Positions 29,121 to 42,931 of a DNA stretch of 64,000 nt are shown piece after piece. Every line of letters starts with the position of its first letter. The first letter of the stretch is position 1. This DNA is from Octopus vulgaris (lineage: Eukaryota), in assembly GCA_951406725.2 (NCBI GenBank), contig OX597815.1, positions 80,972,001 to 81,036,000 on the forward strand. Direction: 5' to 3'. A program made the position numbers and the translations under genes. Below the pieces are notes generated by a model. The model saw nothing but the letters and a program-made list of their open reading frames with translations, made no database searches and was not told the origin of the DNA.

Positions 29121-29160
29121 TAAACTAGTACTTTCATGCGTTACGCAATCATCAGGTTCA
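29121..29160 (-). ncRNA. Minimal type I hammerhead ribozyme (Penelope-type)
   Basis: Minus strand UGAAC CUGAUGA UUGCG UAA CGCAU GAAA G UA CUA^GUUUA: intact core, stem I UGAAC/GUUUA, palindromic AGUACU stem III. Confidence 0.8.
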
Positions 29161-29532
29161 TGTAATGACAGTCATGTTCCACAATTGACGTACATATAAA
29201 GTGTATGTATGTGTATGTGTGTACGTACATGCATATATACACCCATACACACATGCATACACATGTAGTTTCACATGTCTATAACACACATTTTATTCAT
29301 TTTATCGGAATCATGTAATAAGAAAATAATAGATAAATAACAATAATGAATGATGTAAGAGAACTAATGTAATCAAGAACAGATATTAAAAAAAATAATA
29401 CATGATTGCTAACCGTTTATTGAGCAGAGTGACGCAATGGAAGCAGAATATTCCATAATCCAGAGGTTCATAGATTGTACCTGTGCTCTGCAAAGAAATG
29501 GATAATTTTTTATATACATACATACATACATG

Positions 29533-29616
<84 letters not shown>

Positions 29617-29617
<1 letters not shown>

Positions 29618-29772
29618 AACAATTGCAGCATGGAAGGTGTTTATAAGCCATTTAAGAAACACACAAAAACCGTTAGATTCACTTCAACATTTCAATTTAT
29701 GTTGAAGTGAATCTAATGGTTTTTGTGTGTTTCTTAAATGGCTTATAAACACCTTCCACGCTACAATTGTTT
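29617..29772. repeat. Near-perfect 74-bp-arm inverted repeat with 8-nt loop
   Basis: 29617-29690 versus 29699-29772, three transition mismatches; lies between (TG)n and (TA)n. Confidence 0.95.
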
Positions 29773-29827
29773 TCGTTCCAGCACACGATCTCAGATCAAG
29801 TCACTCGCTATGCAAGTACATCTCCGT

Positions 29828-29874
<47 letters not shown>

Positions 29875-30654
29875 CAAAGGAGTTGTCAACAAGTATACCA
29901 ACCGTACACATGTATATATAACAAGAAAGATTGCTACCAAGTATATCATGCAACAGAAACTTATACAGAATCAAGGATCACCAACTGACCGGAGTGCACC
30001 AAAACGCAAGTAGTATAGTGGACAGAATCGACAACAACGGCAGGACTTTTCGTTTAGTATATAGGGTGTATCACAGATTCTCTTGTTTCTTCTTTCACGC
30101 TCTTTTTCTCTCAGATCTCGCTCATTCTCTTCCTAAAAGAAATAAATCCTCTGAATTTTCAGAAATTTAAAAACTGTGTAGACTTTAAGAAAAAACTTCT
30201 AATGTCATCAACCGCAATAAATAAATAAATAAATAAATAAAATAACTGTTGCATGAATATATTTTTTACTTGTCTCTCAATTAATGCGAATGACTTCGAC
30301 CAGAAATAGCCTGACATGATTTTCAGTAAACCAGCAACTGTTTGGATAGTTTATCATCGATTACATTGATTTTTCCCTCATCATGTTGCATAGCAACCAT
30401 TTCGTCTATACGTTGTCGAAAGCCAATCTATACATTCGTCATCTTCGTTAGATTTACGACCATATTGGAAGTGTTTGTGTCAACTGATAACCGACAAGCT
30501 TACCTTCTTTGCGGAGATTTTAATATTTACAGGACCTCCTGTTGTTATGAGCATTCAGTGAGTGTTAATCACAAGATAGATTAAAGCTAAATGTCAACCT
30601 GACAACAAAGTTTGATGACATCGTCCAATGAACAATTTGGGAACTCCAGCTAGA

Positions 30655-30966
30655 ACAAGGGTTCTCAACCATTTTTTTATCTATAAACCAATTTGGTTGC
30701 TATTTTATTCTGGTATACCCCCATAGCCATTCGATGTTTAAAAACTAGTTTAATAGAAGATCCTTTCAAAATTTCTATTTTGTTTTTCACACAATTCGTG
30801 GAGGTTGAACTATGTAAAATATTAGAGAAAGAAGTCTAGCTGTATCTTACAAAACATACCAGTACATAAATCTAAAGCAAACTTCTTTTTTAGGGGCTCC
30901 TTAAAATGCTATTGCGGCTCCCCAATTTACTGTTTAGTTGCGTGGACCCCAAATCTTATGCGGACC
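30655..30966. mobile_element. hAT/Charlie-like MITE fragment
   Basis: Begins CAAGGGTTCTCAACC after CTAGAA, with GGACCCC subterminal motifs; the second TIR is not seen. Confidence 0.4.
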
Positions 30967-30972
30967 CTAGAA

Positions 30973-31202
30973 CAATGATGGCGAATCATTTTAACCTGGT
31001 GTGTCAAAATTTTAATTTCTTTAAATAATCCTGTCGCATAAGTTTGTAGAAATATTTTAGACTTAGGTAAATACTTATAGATATATAAATAAGCTTTTTA
31101 TAATGATACCGCGGGGAGATTTTTTTCAAAGTCCATCGCATGTCTCCCAAAAGCATGCTGTGCATAAATGCTTAAATTACGTTTACAAATTCGCCTTCAT
31201 TG
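30973..31202. mobile_element. hAT-like MITE
   Basis: TIRs CAATGATGGCGAA / TTCGCCTTCATTG with CTAGA-like flanks. Confidence 0.55.
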
Positions 31203-31781
31203 TTCTAAGCGTGCATAACTTTCGTTTTTTAATGTTATGAAAATGGACTCGTGCTTTAGATGTCATAGTGTATGATGACCTTCATACTTTCTCTAAGAGT
31301 ATTAACAACATAAAAGTCGGTCATGGTCGGAAATGTTCGATTAAGATTCACCTGGTGCTGAGCAAGAACGACATTTTAACATAATAAGCATTCACGGTTG
31401 ACATTTTAACATAATGAACATTCACGGCGTTAGTTCAATAAGAATTTGAAACTGCATCGTTGTATCGGTTTGATGGTAGTGTATCTGTTGTTCTATGTCA
31501 CACGTAAGTTGAAATAGCTTAATATCAATATCTTGCATAGGCACAAGTCTCAAATATATATAAAAAAAGAGCTCTAGTCTACTGGATCGATTGCCTGTAT
31601 ATTGCTGACATTCGTTCTTGTCGATCTTGGGAGATGAAATTAAATCACCAAAACTATGTACTGAAAGGGATGTTGCCTGATGCTCTGCCGATTGACATCG
31701 CATGACCATTGATACAGCTTAATATCCGAAAATATAAGCAGTTTATAAACGTCGACTTGGCTAACACAGTCAATAAAATAT

Positions 31782-32454
31782 CGAGGAGGTGGTATCATAA
31801 AGCTCCTGGTCTAGTTGTTTAATAAAAAATAACTTATTTACATAATTTTTTTACGAGAAACTTACTAGTAAGGAGAACTCTGTGACAGGGTGCATTATGG
31901 TCGAGAAGAATCCAGTTCTTCGCGCTCCACAGGTTCGGTCGCTTTCGCTGAATGTCCTCCCTCAAACGCTTCAAACATTGCAGTAGAACTTTCGATTGAC
32001 AGTTTGGCTCTGATAGACAAATTCTTGATGTACAATACCATATTTCCGGAGGTGACACTCGTGGCAAATCTTCCAGATCGCTCACCGTCTTCAAGGGACG
32101 GTCTTTCGCTTTTGAAGCGCCCGTGCCACTTGAAACATTGTGTACGAGCCGTTGCTTCGTCGCCGTAAGTTTGCCGAAGCATGCTTAATGTCTCTGACGC
32201 AAACTTCCGAAGCTTAATGCAAAATTTCACGTTGGCTTTTCGTTCCAACTTCCTGTTCATGACAAAATCGCAGACTACAGCATACACGTGATCACAAAAA
32301 CATATTTCGCATCTTGCGAAGTAAACACAGAGATGTCACTCGGCCCAATGCCTCATGAAGGTCACTGCTAGCTCTCATTGCGCACGCAGCCGTGTACTGC
32401 CATCTGTAGGCACGCTACAGAACTAGTCCTGGAACTTCTTGTTGCCATCTCGTA
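31782..32454 (-). mobile_element. Internally deleted mariner element
   Basis: Imperfect TIRs at both ends; N-terminal transposase (NVKFCIKL...YGDEA...WHGRFK...ERSGR) joined to the LKRLRE..RKRP.LW...WILLDHNAPCH segment. Confidence 0.9.
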
Positions 32455-34155
32455 CTCAGTATGTGTGCATCTAGTTAACTAAATTCACTATCTCAGCATA
32501 TCTTATATTCAACAATGAAAGCTAATTATGCGAAAATGTCGTTGTTCAGCACCAAATCAACCTTGATCAAACAGTTCTAACCATGACAATCTTGTTTCTT
32601 TTGTAGTATCTAGGTCTACAGGATGTGTGTATTTTCTATTTTAAAATACTAGTGAGTGATTTGAAGAAGATACAGCAGTAATTTCTAGCATTTCAAACAA
32701 TCACACAAGGGCTTTCTCATCAAGTAGTTTTGAAAAGTTGAGTAGATTAGATGTATACTGAATATATAATGACAGTTTGCCTTCACTCGGCAGGAATATT
32801 CTAATTACGTTGATAAGATGACAGAGTCAGATGTTGATTGGATAGACAAAGACTGTGAGTGATGAAGACTGGATACAGTCTGCAGATGTAGACAGATTCA
32901 TGGACACTGACTGTAGACATTAGCAAGACACAAACACAGCCTAAAGATATAAAAGATTTGATTTTTTATTTCATTCAAAAAGAAATATTAATATTTTTGT
33001 GTTTTCGCATATATATTTGATAATGGTATTTGAAATGCCAAATTAGTTTCAAAACTGGAAATAGAACAATGAAATTTAAAATTAAATATGTGTATATACA
33101 TACATACACACATATACATGTACACACGTACACACGTTCACACACACGTTGTTTATTATGAACAACAGACAAAATATTCGACGTATGATATGGTATATTA
33201 TTTACTCATCTGATGATAAAGTTTTACGAATGTTCCAGTAATCAGATTGTCATACTGGTCTATGACGAAAAGTGAAATAGTCACAGCTAAGCCATTAGCT
33301 TAGATCCCGAAATAAGAGTAATGGTACATTCCGTTCTCAATATATTTGAAATGGTGAGAAGAAAGAAGCCCGCGATAAAATGAAGAATTGTTGCAAAAGC
33401 AAAGGTATATAGAAAGGATGAAGTACATCACCAAATACATTTTTAAATCTACCTGGTTATGTTCTCAATTAGAATAGAAATCTTCTCATCATACCGCTAC
33501 ATCAACAAAATACATGCTTCAATCTTTCAAACACATTCCTGTACCATCGGATTTTGAACTACATTCAGGCAGAACCTATAATCGATACATGCGGTAGGAA
33601 GAAATTCCACAGATGAAACTAAGCTGATTTTTAAACTGGTCATATCACACCCAAATATTCAACCTGTTTTATGTTCAAATCGATGAGATCCAGGTTCTCA
33701 CACCTACTCTAGAATGCCATCTAAAAAATAAACAATCATATCATCGAAATCTCAAAGCTGTTTGATAATGCATGATTAATTCAAAATAATGTGAATACAT
33801 TTGACTGAATAATCTGAGGTTAAGCAAAATTTTGACACAAGTCAACTAGAGTTATTTCCTCCTTAAGAAAGATATTCTCTTATGTGAACTATATAAAGAA
33901 AGGGGATTTAAAAAAACATATGGAGAAATGAGCTAATATTTTGGCCAAGCTTCGAATTTTTACTAACCAGTCACATTTGTTTCCTACTGAGATTTTTTTT
34001 TTGTTGGGGATTATTACATCATATATGTGATTCATGTGGTCTGTAATAACCAATGAACCGTGATTTTTTCCAGATATTACCTTCGATAAAGATATGTGCT
34101 TATTAATAAAACAACATGGTTGCGTGATTGCAGTAAGTGATCACACACACATACA

Positions 34156-34239
<84 letters not shown>

Positions 34240-34249
34240 AATGTATATG

Positions 34250-34470
34250 TACGAGGGTCTGCTGAAAAGTTCCTGGCTTCGGGTTAAAGAAAATGCAGGA
34301 GATCAATTAAATATGAGTTTATTCAACATATTCCCACTCTCAGATACACACTTCTTGCAGCTATCCTTCAGTTTTTCTAAGCCTTCTAAAATAACTCGGA
34401 AGGTTGAACCTCCAGCTAGACCTTTATTGATACCCTTAAAGCCAGAAGCTTTTCAGCACCTCTTCGCTTA
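34250..34470. mobile_element. Mariner-type MITE
   Basis: TACGAGGGTCTGCTGAAAAGTTCCTGGCTT matches the inverted AAGCCAGAAGCTTTTCAGCACCTCTTCG. Confidence 0.75.
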
Positions 34471-34945
34471 TTACACTATTACAGACTTCAAAATAATCTT
34501 ATAAATTTGAGCTAGCTTTGAATGCGTAAATTATTGAAGTTAGAATTAATGAAATACATTAAGCGGTCGTGCACAGCTGTCTTTGCTTATACAATTTCAC
34601 CTTCGATAGAAAAAGCTGGATCGAGTGGATTATATTTGAAATCAGCGACCGTTTATCCTATTCTTCGAAATTACATTCATAATCACTTCTATTAAGCGTG
34701 TTATCAAATTGGGTACACCGATTTTCATATTTGACGCATTCTTGGCAATTAGTTCGATTAAACGATTTGCAGCCATGCCAGAAGTGCTTGTTCTTGATGC
34801 TGTGTTGTTCGATAGAACATAACCCGACAATATGTGTCTAAAATAATTTGAAGTTAAACACACTGGTCAGTCGTAAACAGCCGACTCGTTCATACAATTT
34901 CATTATGTACGGAAAGCGAGGTAACGGCATTTATACCTACACACA

Positions 34946-34992
<47 letters not shown>

Positions 34993-36009
34993 GTGTATGT
35001 ATGTATGAATGTATGTATATAATTTTATTTCAATATTTCGCTTAGGTATTGCGAGGCCAATGATCCGATGTAGAACTCAATATACGTTGTTTCAGAACGA
35101 AGTGTTGGCTGAGTATAGAGCAGTAATAAGAAAAAGGAATCACATAGGAATAAAAGATTATCTTATTGAACTTCATTGTATAATTGTAGTAACATTTATA
35201 GTGGAAAGCTAGTGTTTGTGTATACTATGGGTATGTTCGTGTGTGTTTATGTCTGCCTGAATGTATATATGTATGTGCGTGCGTGCGTACGTACGTACGT
35301 ACGTACGTATGTATGTATGTATGTATGTATGTATGTATGTATGTATGTATGTATGTATGTATGTATGTATGTATGTATGTATGTATGTATGAATATGTGT
35401 ATGTATATAGTAGTAAGATACATAAGCATTTCTCAGAATACGTCATACTTAATTTCAGTGTTGTATTTTTAGCAAAAGTACACCAACAAACATTCATATA
35501 GACTGTGAATTATTGCAAACGAGTTTATACAGTGAAAGAATTGATGGAGGCAGTTAATTTTTGTTGCACGGTACAACGCCGATATCTTTGATCATACCTC
35601 GTAGCAAGTCTTATACAACAAAACGTTCTGTTTCAGGAATTGTATTTCTCCTCAGGCGGTGCAAAAGGACAAAATCCCATTGTGACCAGCGGTCGTGGGA
35701 CACAATATACGTTGCTAGGTAAAGACAAATGTATTAGAAAACTGACATTACTATACTAAAAATTTGAAATCAATTCTATATTAAAACCATTTAATATGGA
35801 ATTAAATTCCTGTCAATATACATACCGTTTAATTATATACATACATACTCCACAGGACAGACTGTAATTAGTTCTGGCGAGATATTTTTCAGCGAAAGTA
35901 TTCGGAAAATTATGAATTACTTAGTATTACACTCACACAAAAGCTTATACATATATACAGATATGTGCATGCATGTATGTGTGTGTCTGTGTGTCTATGT
36001 ATGTGTGTA

Positions 36010-36057
<48 letters not shown>

Positions 36058-36370
36058 TGTGTGTGTGTGCGTGCGGCATAAACAAACATTCTTGCTTGAA
36101 CCTATACATACATGTGTGTGCTGCCAGAGATGGCTTGTAATAAAACCGTATCATTAAGGCGTTATGCAGTGCGTCAAGTGCTTCAGTTAGTTTATATACA
36201 ACAATGAATAGATCCAATTAAATGGCAGGATTAGGGAGGTAGCTAAGAATTTTTTTTTAAATGGTCGACAAAAAAATTGAATTAAATAATCAGTATTTAA
36301 GTTGAAACTAATGATATGAAATGGGCTAAATGAAAGTAACAGTTGTCGAGGACTATTATATTACTGCAAA

Positions 36371-36415
<45 letters not shown>

Positions 36416-36520
36416 TATAACATAGTTTATGTGCGCACATTCATGCATACACACGCACATACATGCATACATGTATGTATTCTTCTACACACACACACAT
36501 ATATATAAATATACACACAT

Positions 36521-36569
<49 letters not shown>

Positions 36570-36623
36570 CATATTCATATACATACATACATAAATGCAT
36601 ACATACATACATACATACATACA

Positions 36624-36659
<36 letters not shown>

Positions 36660-36961
36660 GAGAGATTTCCCTATATCATTATATATGTGTGTGGCGTGCG
36701 TAAATATTTGTGTGTACGTGTGTGTGCATGTGTGTGTGTGTGAGTGTGCGTGCGTATGTATGTGTCTGTAAATGTGGTTATATGTTTCTTTTTTTTTTGT
36801 CTTTCAATAAGTGCTCAATAAGTGCTCCCACCAAGTTGTGGGTTCACCAACACTCTGAACAGTAAGTCATTTTATAGTCATTTGCATCGACTACAATTAC
36901 AATTACAGCTACTGCTGCTTCTGTTACAGCCGTTGTTCTTTGTTGTTGTTGTTGTTATTGT

Positions 36962-37007
<46 letters not shown>

Positions 37008-37289
37008 GTTATTGTCAATTCTAAATGTGAAACTGTAGCGTAATACTCCTCTTTTACCGGATGGCATTTGGCAAACGTCCCCTTCGTATGTTTTTGCAAA
37101 AAGAAAAAAATAATAATAATAATGATAAATAAATAAATAAATAAATAAATAAAACAAGAAGAAAAAAGAGGAAAAGAAACGTTATTTTAATGAAACAGAA
37201 GCTAATTTCAAGTGATGGCTTAATATTTTCTTATTCCATATTAGCGATGGGAAACAGTATTAGTTCCGAACACTAATAGTGGATATATT

Positions 37290-38085
37290 CTTTTCTCCTC
37301 TAGGGACAAGGCCTGAAATTTTTAGGGAGGGGCCCAGTCGATTAGATCGACTCAGTACGCAATTGGTATTTAATTGATCGACCCCGAAAGGATGAAAGGC
37401 AACGTTGACCACAGTGGAATTTGAAATCAGAACGTAATGGCAGACGAAATACCTATTTTTTTACTACCCACAAGGGGCTATACACGGAGGGGCCAAACAA
37501 GGACAGACAAAGGGATTAAGTCGATTACATCGACCCCAGTGAATAACTGGTACTTAATTTATCGATACCGAAAAGATGAAAGGCAAAGTCCACCTCGGCG
37601 GAATTTGAACTCAGAACGTAAAGACAGACGAAATACCGCTAAGCATTTCGCCCGGCGTGCTAACGTTTCTTATTTATTTATTGCCCACAAGGAGCTAAAC
37701 ATAGAGGGGATAAACAAGGACAGACAAAGAGATTAAGTCGATTACATTGACCCCAGTGCATAACTGGTACTTAATTTATCGATCCCGAAAAGATGAAAGG
37801 CAAAGTCGACCTCGGCGGAATTTGAACTCGGAACGTAATGACAGACGAAATACCTGTTTCTTTACTACCCACAAGGGGATAAACACAAAGAGGACAAACA
37901 AGGACAGACAAACGGATTAAGTCGATTATATCGACCCCAGTGCGTAACTGGTACTTATTTAATCGACCCCGAAAGGATGAATGGCAAAGTCGACCTCGGC
38001 GGAATTTAATCTCAGAACGTAGGAGCAGACGAAATACCGCTAAGCATTTCGCCCGGCGTGCTAACGTTTCTGCCAGCTTGCCGCC
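37290..38085 (-). mobile_element. Head-to-tail array of four SINE family B units inside one 11-bp TSD
   Basis: Junctions at about 37453, 37668 and 37855; GTGGATATATT at 37279-37289 and 38094-38104. Confidence 0.9.
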
Positions 38086-38509
38086 ATCTTAACGTGGATA
38101 TATTGTAAGAAAGCTAGAAAGCTACAATACTGCGATATATGTTGAGAAGACATATCGTATAAACGCATAACGGTGCTGCTGGACACTATTCGTCTACGAC
38201 GCTACTGCTCTAGACGAATACCACAGTATTGTGGCTTTCTAATTGTAAACACGCCTGTTTATTTTCTTATAGTATACCATGTACTATGTCCCACGATTTA
38301 GATATATGTAGAAACTGGTGATTCTGTGTTAAATTATGGAAATTACTAAAGAAGGTGAAAACGTCTATAATGAAATTACATTGGACCTTGGCACATCATC
38401 AGCCATATTTCTCCTCACTGATAACATGACGCTTTACTCATATTCTTATCCAGAGAAAGGATTTTTGGAACGCACATATAAAATATATGTATTCTGCCTG
38501 GATTAAATA

Positions 38510-39125
38510 TTGATCTCAAATTTTGGAACAAAGCCAGTAATTTTGGTTGGGTTAGGGTGCTTGTCGATTAAGTGGTACTTATTTTATCAACCTTGACGGG
38601 ATGAAAGACAAAGTCAACCTCTGCAGACTTTGAAGTCAGGACGTAAAGACGAACGAAATGTCGCTAAGCATTTTGCGGGCGTGCTAGCGATTCTTTTCTA
38701 CTCTAGGCACAAGGTCCGAAATTTTTTTAGGGAGGGGCCAGTCGATTAGATCGACTCCAGTACGCAGCTGGCATTTGATTTATCGACCCTGAAAGGATGA
38801 AAGACAAAGTTGACCTCGGCGGAATTTGATCTCAGAACGTAAAGACAGACAAAATACCGCTAAACATTTCACCCGGCGTGCTAACGATTCTACCAGCTCG
38901 TCGCCTTAACGTGATTTAAATATTGATTTCAAATTTTGTTACAAGGTCAGCAAGTTTGGGGAAGTGGGGTCTAGTCGATTACATCGAACCCAGTGCCCAA
39001 CTTATTTTATAGATTCTGAAAGGATTGAGGCTAAGTCGAATTCGGTGGAATTTGAACCCAGAACGTAGAGATGGACGAAATGCTACTAAGCATAATGTTC
39101 GGCGCGCTAACGATTCTGTCAGTTC
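38510..39125 (-). mobile_element. Further stacked SINE family B copies (three units)
   Basis: Repeated GGATGAAAG.CAAAGT..ACCTC...TTTGA..TCAG.ACGTAAAGAC blocks. Confidence 0.85.
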
Positions 39126-39129
39126 GTTG

Positions 39130-39500
39130 CCTTTCCCAACCACATGGTTCCAGGTTCGTTCCCACTGCGTGGTACCTTGGGCAAGTGTTTGCTACTGTAG
39201 CCTCGGGCCGACCAATGCCTTGTGAGTGAATTTGGTAGACTGAAACTGAAAGAAGCCCGTCGTATATATATATATATGCATTTGTGTATCTGTGTTTGTC
39301 CCCCATCATAGCTTGACAACCGATTTTGATGTGTTTACGTTCCGTAACTTAACGGTTTGGCAAAAAAGCCCGATAGAATAAATACTAAGCTTACAAAGAA
39401 TAAAACCTGGGGTCGATTTGTTCGACTAAGAGTGGTGCTCCAGCGTGGCCGCAGTCAAATGACTGAAACAAGTAAAAGAATAAAGGAATGAAAGAATAAA
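39130..39500 (+). mobile_element. SINE family A, near full length
   Basis: Head TTCCCAACCACATGGTTCCAGGTTCGTTCCCACT through tail GTAAAAGAATAAA. Confidence 0.9.
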
Positions 39501-39759
39501 ATAAATACCCACCTTCATCCATAGCAACTCCTTGTGTATTTACTTTCCCATTGTGAAGTATCTTCCCAATGAGGTGCTACTGCGCTGAAGGGAAGAACGT
39601 AAAGATGGACAAAATGCCGCTAAGCATTTTACCGGTGTGCTTAACGATCCTGCCAGTTCACCGCCTTAACGTTAATTAATTATCATATTTCTTAAACAAT
39701 TATGACACCTTAAATACCCAACATCATCAATAGCAACTCCTGGGTATTTACTTACGAAC

Positions 39760-39940
39760 TGTTTTTTTTTCTACTCTAGGCACAAGGCCTGAAATTTTGG
39801 GGGAAGGGGCCAGTCAACTAGATCGAGCTCAGTACGCAACTGGTACTTAATTTATGGACCCCGAATGGATGAAAAGCAAAGTCGACCTCTGCGGAATTTG
39901 AACTTAGAACGTAAAGACAAACGAACTACTGCTAAGTATT
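39760..39940 (-). mobile_element. SINE family B (alternative tail)
   Basis: Homology to 38690-38907. Confidence 0.8.
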
Positions 39941-40909
39941 ACAGCCACACTGCTCTCATCATTGTCATCCTTGCATTTTCGCTTTGTATTTTTTAAACAT
40001 TTAAACATCTTATTTATGTTTTTTTATCTCTTTATATTTATCTGTTTCTTCTTATTTATTATTGCTATCCTTGTCAATGCGTCAATGTTGTCTCTGCTGC
40101 TACCAATTCCGTTATTCTTGTGATTACTGTTGTTCGTATTTGTTATTAGTATTGTTGATATTGTTATTAGTGTATTTTTTGTTTTTGAATATTACCTACT
40201 GTTATTTCTTTACTATGTTGTTTATTCAAGTCTTAGGTTATATAAGCACCATTTTTGGAATCTACCAGCCTGACAGCAATGTGCACCAATGTATTTATCC
40301 AACTGTTTGCGGTTTGTGCACTTCATTGACTACTTTTAGTTAACAGAAATAAATAAAAAAAAAACAACAGATTTTTGAAAAATTACACAAGGATAAAATA
40401 AAACATTTCAGTACACCAGAGTGAAGTTCTGGTACGTAGCAAAACAACATGGTAAAAAAAATAACAATAAAAACGGACAGCAACAACAATAACAACAAAA
40501 ATATCAATAATAGCGACAACAGCAACTATAACAACAGCAACATGAACGACAAAAATAATGCCGGAATTGCAATGAAGAAAGAAAGAAACAAACAAACAAA
40601 ACAACATAGCGATAAAAACAAATAAAAGAAAAGGTAATGGAAAAGATGAGAAGAAAGGCTGGAAATCATAACAAAATAAGCAACAACAACAACAACAACT
40701 ATAACAGTTAACAATAAAAATAACAACAAAAAAAACAACAAATCCGATTGTATACCGTAGTTAATCTAACGTATTTTGGGCCAAACTACAAATAGTAAAA
40801 CGAAACAAACTCCAGTAAAGCTAACTACAAATTAAAAAAAAAAAAACAAACATGACGGACAAATAACTCTGAGAATAGGAATACTAACACTTTCAATAAT
40901 AACAATACA

Positions 40910-41092
<183 letters not shown>

Positions 41093-41651
41093 GATAAATG
41101 CGCTGATGCAGTACCAGGCAGTGGCTCTCTTGGCTTCTGATCTTAACTGATTGGAAGTGCTATCATGTACATTGTTTTGTCTTGGTATACAAGATGGGTT
41201 ACAGCAAATATTCTGCTCAATACCACAGATTTGCTTGTCAGTTGTTTGACCTTAACCAGTTGAGCATTTCCCTTAGTGGCTGACAATATGTGCACCTCTG
41301 ATCACGAGCAGAAGTAGTAGGGGAGTATCATAGACATGTGTTAAGAGGAATTCTTAGGGGTTTGGATAATTCACCTTTGGAAATATGGGTGTTTCGTCCA
41401 ACATCCTTAAACAACCTGTATTCATGGATCTTTTGAGTGATATGGGCTACTCGACGTTAAGAAAATTCTAGATGGGCCCCACCTGTAAGGTCATGCGCTG
41501 TTTATCTTGATATGAGATCACCATGTTTCGCGCATGTTTGTGATGCATGTGCCTGGTGTAACCTTATCAGATGGGTAGTCATGATGGGTATACTGGGCTT
41601 CGAATATTTTACCCCAGTGTCACTTTGATGGCATGCACTGCTCTCTCACTC
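41093..41651 (+). mobile_element. About 560-bp non-coding element inserted in (TAA)n; probable 3' region of an R4/Dong-type LINE
   Basis: (AAT)n on both sides; ends CTCTCACTC-(AAT)n as does the copy at 48025-48479, which abuts R4-type coding sequence. Confidence 0.7.
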
Positions 41652-41666
41652 AATAATAATAGTAAC

Positions 41667-41749
<83 letters not shown>

Positions 41750-41751
<2 letters not shown>

Positions 41752-41880
41752 CATGGAACAAATAGGTGCTGCAATAAGGATGGAACACTTGTAGAAAACA
41801 GCATTGCTTGGAACTGCTCGAATACTCCCGATGGTGCTCGAAAAACAAGGGGTGTTACCTTAGTTCACTGGTAGTACATA
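41750..41880 (+). pseudogene. R4/Dong-clade ORF C-terminus fragment
   Basis: Translates MEQIGAAIRMEHL*KTALLGTARILPMVLE, matching the QK.ALLGTARILR.VL end of restriction-like-endonuclease LINEs; directly follows (AAT)n. Confidence 0.7.
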
Positions 41881-42889
41881 CTGGTTACGCAATAGTTGTG
41901 GTAGAGGAAGGTATTCTCAGGAGAACTTGTCGGGGATTGATGTCGAATTTTAGGTTTAAAGATGTCAGGCTGAAGATTGATTGAAGTACCTTTATGCTAC
42001 ACATTCTGAAAGGCATACAACAACATTTTGGCTAGGAACAGGAAGAAAACATTTTGAAATAAGAAGTATATTTTCAAACTACGAAAATAAAATTTACGAT
42101 GTTTTCTGTTGTATAATGCGTACACTTTTCTTTTAAAATAACATTAAAAAATTTTCCTTATGTGACATTTTAAAGATGCCTTTTAAGTAAAAATTATTTT
42201 CCTGAGAAATCAACTCTTTCCTAATTAATTTTTATGGAAAAACAAACATTTTTTATAACAAAGAACTTTTTCAAAAGTGCTTGTGGAACGTTGACAATTG
42301 TGACATATTTATATATGGTAATTGCACAGTAAAAAACTTAAAGAATTGCATTTAAAAGAACATTTTCAAATAAAGGTAAACATTTTTTGAATAAAAAGTA
42401 ATAAAAAGGCTATTCATATATTTTTCTGCAAACATGTTTGATCTGTAGATATACTTTAAAGAACTTTTTTCAAAGAATTTCTTAATGTAGCTTTGCACTT
42501 GCATAACTTGTTACCGAGAGAAACTCGGATCCTGTTGAAAAAAAAAACATATACATGTACCATTGAATTTTAGATCAAGATACCATTTCGCTTGCTTAAT
42601 TTCCATCAAAACAAATTGCTACGATAGTTTGGATTAACCGCCATGTCGATAATCTGATCTGAAAACGTTAGGGTTAATTTGATATGCTGTCAACGGCAAT
42701 CCAGTTATCAGTTTTTTTTTTTTATCCTCGACATTATATAATGGATTTGCTCTCTTCATAATGTTCCTTAGGTTCTGCCTAACATTAAAACCATCAAGAT
42801 GAATTAAATCGCCTAACATGAAATATTGTCGCCATACTTTCAAAAAAGTGGGAGATTTAACAGAAAATCATGGCATAATAGATGCACAA

Positions 42890-42931
<42 letters not shown>

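Noticed and set aside
31370-31428. Roughly 30-bp tandem duplication GACATTTTAACATAAT..CATTCACGG
   Set aside because: Ordinary local duplication with no sign of function
37290-39125. Regularly repeated blocks resembling a CRISPR array or satellite
   Set aside because: Eukaryotic context; the units are whole SINE copies with no unique spacers
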